From contig JBQTGV010000201.1 of the NCBI GenBank assembly GCA_052390515.1, positions 1 through 25,517 on the forward strand: a DNA stretch of 25,517 nucleotides, in the 5' to 3' direction. Below the pieces are notes generated by a model that searched no databases, was not told the origin of the DNA, and saw only the letters and a list, made by a program, of their open reading frames with translations. This DNA comes from Candidatus Eiseniibacteriota bacterium (GTDB lineage Bacteria; ARS69). Within the stretch, counting starts at the first letter, position 1, and the number at the start of each line of letters is the position of its first letter. Made by a program: the position numbers and the translations under genes. Below are positions 19,413 through 25,517 of the stretch, piece by piece.

Positions 19413-20150
19413 TCAGCGGCTGCGGAGCCGGCCGGTCTTCTTGAGGAAGCGAGCCACGAAGTAGAACGCGAACACGGCCCCCAGGGCCACGATCCAGCCC
19501 GACGGGTTCTCCCGGATCGAATCGCCGCCCCGGTGCGCCGGGTGCTCGAGGGCGAGGAGCAGGACCAGCGCGAGAGACCAGGTGAAGATCTGGCCGTACT
19601 CCTTGGCGAGCACCCGCCACCAGTCGAACCGGGCCCCGCGCAGCGTTTCGCCCAGTCCTCGAAGAGAGATCCGGAACCGATCGACTCGACGGCAGTAATC
19701 GTCGTAGCGGACACCGAACTTCTCGGCCAGGAAGCGCTCCTCCGCGGCAACGATCGCCAGGTAGGTCAGGCCGACCGCCGGCACACCGACCAGCCACCCC
19801 ACCGGCGAATTGAGCACGGTGAAGAGGCCCAGGAAAACGAGGAAATTGCCGACGTAGAGCGGGTTGCGGCAGTGCGCGAACAGACCGTGCTCGACGAGCT
19901 CGTCGGCGTGAACGCGCCCCTTGCAACCGGCCCGGGGCACGTAGGCGATGCCGATGACCGCGGCACGCAGGAGCTGCCCGCAGATCACGAGAGCGACGCC
20001 GAGGACGTCCATGGCGCGGTCCGCGGCGAGGCTGCCGAAGGGAAGCCGCGGGTGGTCGGCCAGCAGCGTCGCCGCGAAAGCCGCCGGAAACAGCAGGTCT
20101 CGCCAGCGGAAGAGCCAGTTCCCCAGACCGACGAGGGCGCCCGGAAGCAT
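19413..20150 (-). CDS. Isoprenylcysteine carboxyl methyltransferase (ICMT/PEMT) family membrane methyltransferase
   Basis: ATG 20150. Motifs LVEHGLFAHCRNPLYVGN and AEERFLAEKFGVRYDDYCRRVDRF, with several TM helices. Confidence 0.85.
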   Translation of the reverse strand: MLPGALVGLGNWLFRWRDLLFPAAFAATLLADHPRLPFGSLAADRAMDVLGVALVICGQLLRAAVIGIAYVPRAGCKGRVHADELVEHGLFAHCRNPLYVGNFLVFLGLFTVLNSPVGWLVGVPAVGLTYLAIVAAEERFLAEKFGVRYDDYCRRVDRFRISLRGLGETLRGARFDWWRVLAKEYGQIFTWSLALVLLLALEHPAHRGGDSIRENPSGWIVALGAVFAFYFVARFLKKTGRLRSR

Positions 20151-20173
20151 GGGGACCGGCCTCGAGGCGCCGG

Positions 20174-21256
20174 TCACGCCGGGGCGCTCGTCGCCTGCTC
20201 CCGCGCCGCCGGGAGCGGCAGCGCGCGGACGAGATCCAGGAACTCGCCCGCGTCGATCTGCTGGATCGCATCGGAGAGGGCACGCGCGGGATCGGGATGC
20301 ACCTCGAACATCAGGCCGTCCGCTCCGGCGGCGAGCGCCGCGCGCGCGCACGGCAGGAGGATGTCGGTTCGCCCGACGGCGTGGCTCACGTCCACGATCA
20401 CCGGCAGCTCCAGCTCCGCGCGCAGAAGCGGCACCGCGGCGACATCCAGCGTGTTCCGCGTCCGATAGTCGAACGTGCGGATTCCCCGCTCGCAGAGCAC
20501 GACGGACTCGTTGCCGCCCGCACGAAGGTAGCCCACCGCGGAAGCCATCTCGTCCAGGCTGGCCATGAACGCACGCTTGAGCAGCACGGGAATACGCATG
20601 CGCCCGAGCGCCTTGAGCAGCTCCGTGTTGTACATGCTGCGCGCACCGACCTGGACCATGTCCACCTGCGCCGCCACGGCTTCGAGCGTGGTCACGTCCA
20701 GCACCTCGGTGACGACCGGCAGGCCGAACTTCCTTCCCGCAGCGCAGAGCAGGCGGACGCCTTCCTCACGGAGCCCCTGGAACGAATCCGGATCGGTGCG
20801 CGGCTTGTACGCCCCGCCCCGCAGGATCGCGGGGACACCGAGCTCCGGCGCCAGCGCGGCCACGGCCTCGATCTGCTCGGCGCTCTCCACCGCACACGGC
20901 CCGAAGAAGAGCACCTGCTCGGCGCCACCCACCGTCACCGGCCCGACGCGGACCGGCGTGACCGCGGCGTCCCGGATGACCCCGCGCCCGCTCCGCTCCC
21001 GCTGCTGCAGCTGGAGCGAGGCGCGGAAGATCGCGGAGAAGACCGCACGGATCTCGGCGACGTGGAAGGGACCGCGGGATTCCCGAAGCACGTCGCGGAG
21101 CATCGCCTCCTCGCGGGTCGGATCGTACGCCGCGACGCCGTGCTCCTCCTTGTACCGCGCGATGAGGCGGACGATCTCGGCCCGTTCCTGGACCAGATCG
21201 AGGATCTCGCGGTTCAGGCGATCGACGTCTCCACGGAGGCGGGACAGTCGGTCCAG
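20174..21256 (-). CDS. Bifunctional chorismate mutase (AroQ) / DAHP synthase class I-beta, apparent CTG start
   Basis: The frame stays open 51 codons upstream of ATG 21103 and reads LDRLSRLRGDVDRLNREILDLVQERAEIVRLIARYKEEHGVAAYDPTREEAM (AroQ). DAHPS motifs: GPCAVES, RGGAYKPRT, QVGAR, CERGIRTF, DVSH, EVHPDP. Confidence 0.88.
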   Translation of the reverse strand: MDRLSRLRGDVDRLNREILDLVQERAEIVRLIARYKEEHGVAAYDPTREEAMLRDVLRESRGPFHVAEIRAVFSAIFRASLQLQQRERSGRGVIRDAAVTPVRVGPVTVGGAEQVLFFGPCAVESAEQIEAVAALAPELGVPAILRGGAYKPRTDPDSFQGLREEGVRLLCAAGRKFGLPVVTEVLDVTTLEAVAAQVDMVQVGARSMYNTELLKALGRMRIPVLLKRAFMASLDEMASAVGYLRAGGNESVVLCERGIRTFDYRTRNTLDVAAVPLLRAELELPVIVDVSHAVGRTDILLPCARAALAAGADGLMFEVHPDPARALSDAIQQIDAGEFLDLVRALPLPAAREQATSAPA

Positions 21257-21329
21257 GGTCCCTCTTCCTTTCGGTGCGATGGGAAGGCGCGGCCCCGAAC
21301 TCTACCAGAGCCCCCCGCCTCGTCGCGCG

Positions 21330-21800
21330 TCAATCTCCGCGACGCTTCCAGCGCCACTCCGACGACCGCATTTCGCCGTTCACCAGACCTTCCACCCTCG
21401 CGCTGAGGGTCCCGTCCGTGTCCAGCCGGTAGATGATGCGCTGCGGAAAGTCGTGCTCGGAGTTCTCGAAGGTGGCCGAGCGCTCGCCGGACTCCGCCAG
21501 GAAGAACGGCGTCGCCGGGCGCCCGCCGGGGGAACCCAGGTAGACGACGCGGCCGTCCTGCACGGTGATTCGCAGGAACTCGAAGGCCGTGTTCCCCGAA
21601 GCGTAGACGTCGCGGTGGACGCCGACCAGCATCCCGCCGTCGGCGTCGGTCCACAGCTCCTCCGAGCGCCCGGCCGCGCTTTCGCTGGCCCAGTGCCCGG
21701 CGAGCCAGGAGAGAGCCTCGAGGGGCTTCGCCGCGTCGTCCGCCGCGGCGGTCCCACCCCCGACGGCCAGACAGAAGGCGAAGAGCCTGACATGGAGCAT
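21330..21800 (-). CDS. Secreted DUF6265-like protein
   Basis: ATG 21800 gives a signal peptide; LSWLAGHW, EELW, FEFLRI and FENSEHDFPQRIIY pattern. Confidence 0.75.
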   Translation of the reverse strand: MLHVRLFAFCLAVGGGTAAADDAAKPLEALSWLAGHWASESAAGRSEELWTDADGGMLVGVHRDVYASGNTAFEFLRITVQDGRVVYLGSPGGRPATPFFLAESGERSATFENSEHDFPQRIIYRLDTDGTLSARVEGLVNGEMRSSEWRWKRRGD

Positions 21801-21977
21801 GAAGTCCTCCCGATCGCGCTCGGCGATCCCTCCCGACACGCTCGCCCGAGCCAATGGCGTCTGTCAAGGGACGCCAGCCCTGCCGCGTCCCCTGGCCGGC
21901 CGCCCCGGTCTCGGGCATCATGGAGAGCAGGTCGTTCGCGGGCGCCGGGCCGGCAGTCCGTTACGGGAGGGGGCGGA

Positions 21978-22481
21978 ATGGGCGAAGGCGTACGGATCCG
22001 CTGCTTCGATTACGTGAACCATCCCTACGAGGCCGTCCGCGACGCGCTCACCGCGGACGCCGGCGAGGTGTTCCGTGCCGCCACGCGCGCGGCCACGTCC
22101 CGCGCGGGCTCACTTGCCGCGGAACTCCGCGTCCAGGTCGGAGGCTTCGACATGGGCAAGGAGATCTCCATCTCGGTCGACACGGTGGAGGAGCTGGCTC
22201 CCGAGGTCACCGCTCCGCCGCTCCTTCGCCTCGAGCTCGACTGGGAGGCGGCGGCGGCGCCGCGGCTGTTCCCGTTCATGCGCGCGGAGCTCCTGGCCTA
22301 CCCGCTCACCGGCACGGAGACGCAGCTCGAGCTCTCCGGCCGGTACGATCCGCCGCTCGGCCCTCTGGGCGGCGCGCTCAACGCCGCCCTTCTTCACCGG
22401 ATCGCCGAGGCCGCGGTGCACCGCTTCCTGAACGACGTGGCCGGGCACCTGCGCGCCTCGCTCACCGCGCGCGCGCGCTGA
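21978..22481 (+). CDS. Conserved hypothetical protein, possibly SRPBCC/START-like
   Basis: ATG 21978 after a GGAGG SD; coding-like codon use; LFPFMRAEL...GRYDPPLGPLG...HRIAEAAVHRFL followed by a C-terminal helix. Confidence 0.65.
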   Translation: MGEGVRIRCFDYVNHPYEAVRDALTADAGEVFRAATRAATSRAGSLAAELRVQVGGFDMGKEISISVDTVEELAPEVTAPPLLRLELDWEAAAAPRLFPFMRAELLAYPLTGTETQLELSGRYDPPLGPLGGALNAALLHRIAEAAVHRFLNDVAGHLRASLTARAR

Positions 22482-22487
22482 CCTCTC

Positions 22488-25187
22488 TCACGTCCGCGCC
22501 GAGGCCGCGCTCCTCCGGGCGAGCACGAGCTTCGTAGCCTCCACGGACACGAACACGCCGATCGAGACCGCGCCCACGAGCCAGAGGTCGGACAGCCGCG
22601 GCATGCCGATGCCGAACGCCTCGCGAACGGCGGGGATCTGCAGGAGCACGGCGAGGAGCACGAGCTCCCAGGCGATGGCGATGAGCAGCCACTTGTGCGG
22701 CCGCGCGACCGTGATTCCGTAGCGCAGCGACCGGAAGTTCAGGGCGATGACCAGCTCCACGATCACGAAAAGCAGGAACACCTGGGTACGGGCCATGGTG
22801 AGGTCGGGCAGGTCCCGGAAGAAGATCCACAGGAAGATCGGCGTCTCGATCAGCACACCCAACGCGATCAGCGTCCGCACCTCGTGGGAGAAGACGCTCT
22901 CCTTCGGATCGCGGGGGGGCCTCTTCATCACGTCCGGATCGGGCGGCGAGAGCCCCAGCGCGAGTGCCGGGAGCCCGTCGGTGGCCAGGTTGAGGTACAG
23001 GATCGCCGCCGGCAGGAGCGGCAGGAACTCCGGACCCAGCACGATGGTCACGCCACCCAGCACGATCACCTCGGTGATGTTCGCGCGCAGCAGGTATGCG
23101 AGGTACTTCTTGATGTTGTCGTAGATCCATCGCCCCAGCTCGATGGCGCGGACGATGCTGGCGAAGTTGTCGTCCGTCAGCACGATGTCGGACGCTTCCT
23201 TCGCCACCTCGGTGCCGGTGATGCCCATGGCCACGCCGATATCGGCGTGCTTCAGCGCCGGCGCGTCGTTGACCCCGTCACCGGTCATGGCCACGACCTG
23301 GCCCTTGCGCTTCCAGGCCTTGATGATCTTCAGCTTGTCCATGGGCGAGACGCGCGCGTACACCGACACGCGTTCCACGACCTCGGCGAGCCCGTCGTCG
23401 TCCAGCCGGGCCAGATCCTCGCCGGTGAGGACCAGGTCCCCCTCGCGGTGGATGCCGATCTCTCGCGCCACGGCCACGGCGGTGAGCTGGTGATCGCCGG
23501 TGATCATCACCGGCTTCACGTGGACCTCGCGGCAGGTGCGCACCGCGGCCACGGCCTCCTCCCGCGGCGGGTCCATCATGGCGACGAGCCCCAGGAAGAC
23601 GAGGTCGCTCTCCGCCGCCTCCTCGTCGTCGCTCTCGCCGAGGGCGAGTTCCTTGTAGGCCACGCCCACGACGCGGAGAGCGGCGGCGGCCATGTCCCGG
23701 TTCGCGGCGAGGAGCGCCTCCCGCCCCGAGTCGTCGAGCGGAACCCGGCCGTCGCCCTGCTGCAGGAACGAGCAGCGCAAGAGCAGCACTTCGGGGGCTC
23801 CCTTCACGAAGGCGGTGCGCGTCCCGTTCGTGCCCGCGTGAATCGTGGTCATCCGCTTCCGCTCGGAGCTGAACGGATGCTCCTTCACCCGTGGGGCGGC
23901 GGCCCGCGCCCGCTCGGTGTCCATGCCGGCCTTCGCGGCGAGGACGACCAGCGCCCCCTCGGTGGGATCCCCCACGATCGACCAGCGGCCGTCGGTGCGC
24001 GCCAGCGAGGCGTCGTTGCACAGCAACCCGCCCTCGAGCAGCAACTGCAGCGCACGCCCGTCCACGGCCCGGCTCAACGTTCCCTCCGGCGCGTAGCCGA
24101 CCCCGCTCACGTCCACGTTCTCGCCGCCCACGAACAGCCGCCGGACCGTCATCTCCCCCTTGGTCAGCGTGCCGGTCTTGTCCGAGCAGATCACCGTCGT
24201 GCAGCCGAGCGTCTCGACGGCCTGCATCCTCCGCACCACGGCGTGGCGCTTGGCCATCTCGTGCATGCCGATGGCCAGCGCGCCGGTGACGATCGCGGCC
24301 AGGGCCTCGGAAACCGCTGCCACGGCCAGGGCCACGGCGAAGATGAGGATCGTCACGGTGAACTCGAGCGTGACCTCGCCGAACAGCAGCTCGCGGACCA
24401 GGCTCACGCCCACCACCAGCCCGCAGATGGAGAGCGAGATGATCGCCACCCACTTGCCGATCTCCTCGGTGCGCAGCTCCAGCGGCGTCTTGTCCTGCAC
24501 GATGGCGGCGGCCTGCTCGGCGATAAGGCCGAACTCGGTCGTCATCGCCGTGGCGGTGACGACGGCCACGCACCTTCCGTAGGCGATGTTCGTGCCGGCG
24601 AAGACCATGTTGCGCCGGTCGCCCAGCGCGGTGGCCGCGCCCAGCGCCGAGGGATCCTTGGACACGGTGGTCGACTCGCCGGTGAGCGACGCCTCGTCGC
24701 AGCGCACCGAGTGCGCCTCGATGACCCGCCCGTCGGCGGGGACCCGATCCCCCGCCTCCAGCAGCATGACGTCGCCCGGGACCAGCTCCTTGGAGGGCAG
24801 CTCCTTCACGGCGCCGGCGCGGCGCACCGTGATCGTCGGCGCGAGCATGCGCTTGAGGGCGTCGAGACTCTTCTCCGCGCGGTATTCCTGGGCGAAACCG
24901 AGCACCGCGCTGAACACGACGATGGCGAGGATCAACCCGGCGTCGAACAGCTCGCCCACCAGCGCGGAGAGCACCGTGGCCACGAGGAGGATGATCAGCA
25001 GGGTGTTCTTGAACTGGCGGAGGAGCAGCGACAGCGGCGACACGCCGCCCTCCTGCCGCAGCTCGTTCGCCCCGTACTGCTCGAGCCGGCGCGCCACCTC
25101 CTCGTCCGAGAGCCCCGACGCGGGATCCGTCCCGAGCTCCCGCAGCGCCGAGGCCGCGTCCAGCGAATGCCAGGAAACCGTCGCCAC
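22488..25187 (-). CDS. Cation-translocating P-type ATPase, type IIA (Ca2+-ATPase-like)
   Basis: GTG 25187 after a GGAGGGAG SD. Motifs YGANEL, LTGES, DKTGTLT, FSSERKRM, KGAPE, DPPR, MITGD, GDGVNDAPALK and NLATDGLPALAL. Confidence 0.93.
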   Translation of the reverse strand: MATVSWHSLDAASALRELGTDPASGLSDEEVARRLEQYGANELRQEGGVSPLSLLLRQFKNTLLIILLVATVLSALVGELFDAGLILAIVVFSAVLGFAQEYRAEKSLDALKRMLAPTITVRRAGAVKELPSKELVPGDVMLLEAGDRVPADGRVIEAHSVRCDEASLTGESTTVSKDPSALGAATALGDRRNMVFAGTNIAYGRCVAVVTATAMTTEFGLIAEQAAAIVQDKTPLELRTEEIGKWVAIISLSICGLVVGVSLVRELLFGEVTLEFTVTILIFAVALAVAAVSEALAAIVTGALAIGMHEMAKRHAVVRRMQAVETLGCTTVICSDKTGTLTKGEMTVRRLFVGGENVDVSGVGYAPEGTLSRAVDGRALQLLLEGGLLCNDASLARTDGRWSIVGDPTEGALVVLAAKAGMDTERARAAAPRVKEHPFSSERKRMTTIHAGTNGTRTAFVKGAPEVLLLRCSFLQQGDGRVPLDDSGREALLAANRDMAAAALRVVGVAYKELALGESDDEEAAESDLVFLGLVAMMDPPREEAVAAVRTCREVHVKPVMITGDHQLTAVAVAREIGIHREGDLVLTGEDLARLDDDGLAEVVERVSVYARVSPMDKLKIIKAWKRKGQVVAMTGDGVNDAPALKHADIGVAMGITGTEVAKEASDIVLTDDNFASIVRAIELGRWIYDNIKKYLAYLLRANITEVIVLGGVTIVLGPEFLPLLPAAILYLNLATDGLPALALGLSPPDPDVMKRPPRDPKESVFSHEVRTLIALGVLIETPIFLWIFFRDLPDLTMARTQVFLLFVIVELVIALNFRSLRYGITVARPHKWLLIAIAWELVLLAVLLQIPAVREAFGIGMPRLSDLWLVGAVSIGVFVSVEATKLVLARRSAASART

Positions 25188-25371
25188 GAACTCCCTCCCG
25201 CGCGGAGCGGGAGAATACCCGCCCTCGCGCGATTCCAGGAGCGGGAAAGCGCGCGCGTCGCCGACCCGCGAGGCCTCGAGGCTTCCGGCGGGACTCTCCG
25301 CCGGAGCGGCCGTTGACGGAGATGCCGGGTTGTGGTTTCTTCCACGGCTGCCTGCGGAGGGCTCCCGCTCG

Positions 25372-25517
25372 ATGGATCTCGTTCCTCTCGCGCTGCACTT
25401 CGGGGCCGTGGTCGCGCTCATCGGCGCGATGCTCGGGGTTTCGTGGATCCTGGGCCAGCGACACAACGAGCTCTACACCGGGGATCCCTACGAGTCCGGG
25501 ATCATCCCCACCGGAAC
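25372..25517 (+). CDS. nuoA: NADH-quinone oxidoreductase subunit A, 5' part (runs off the window)
   Basis: Not in the ORF track. ATG 25372 after GGAGG; MDLVPLALHFGAVVALIGAMLGVSWILGQRHNELYTGDPYESGIIPTG is a TM helix plus the PYESG loop typical of NuoA. Confidence 0.8.
   Translation, partial: MDLVPLALHFGAVVALIGAMLGVSWILGQRHNELYTGDPYESGIIPTG

Noticed and set aside
22695-25316. 873-aa plus-strand ORF (and 728-aa alternate-frame ORF) over the P-type ATPase
   Set aside because: Antisense or alternate-frame artefacts of a well-supported gene; low-complexity R/G/H/A translation.
25188-25371. Possible yybP-ykoY riboswitch upstream of the P-type ATPase; 8-bp hairpin at 25284-25305; TTGACG at 25313
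   Set aside because: No riboswitch consensus recognised. Short GC stems are expected by chance, and the matching -10 (TTTCTT) is poor.

Overview
GC-rich (roughly 70%) bacterial chromosomal window, densely coding, with no rRNA, tRNA, CRISPR array or transposase seen. Left to right: (1) a TPAT-type TRAP transporter operon on the minus strand (TatT lipoprotein, DctP-like P, DctQ, DctM), divergent from a secreted DUF3857/transglutaminase-like protein; (2) a ~195-bp MITE-like element with terminal inverted repeats; (3) a divergent lipid cluster: acetoacetate-decarboxylase-fold protein and YegS/DgkB lipid kinase on minus, then PlsC acyltransferase, a protein resembling mitochondrial Tam41 (CDP-DAG synthase), CDP-alcohol phosphatidyltransferase and SGNH hydrolase on plus; (4) a lipoprotein and a REC-GGDEF diguanylate cyclase; (5) the imuA-imuB-dnaE2 mutagenesis cassette, behind a clear sigma70 promoter whose spacer is the palindrome CTAGAC-N4-GTCTAG (candidate LexA box); (6) a secreted TolB/PD40 propeller with a C-terminal SWGxVKxxYR tail, an ICMT-family methyltransferase, a chorismate mutase-DAHP synthase fusion with an apparent CTG start, DUF6265 and a hypothetical protein; (7) a type IIA P-type ATPase and the start of nuoA. 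The best candidate for an undescribed system is the Tam41-like phospholipid cluster. All family calls come from motif recognition by eye, not database searches.
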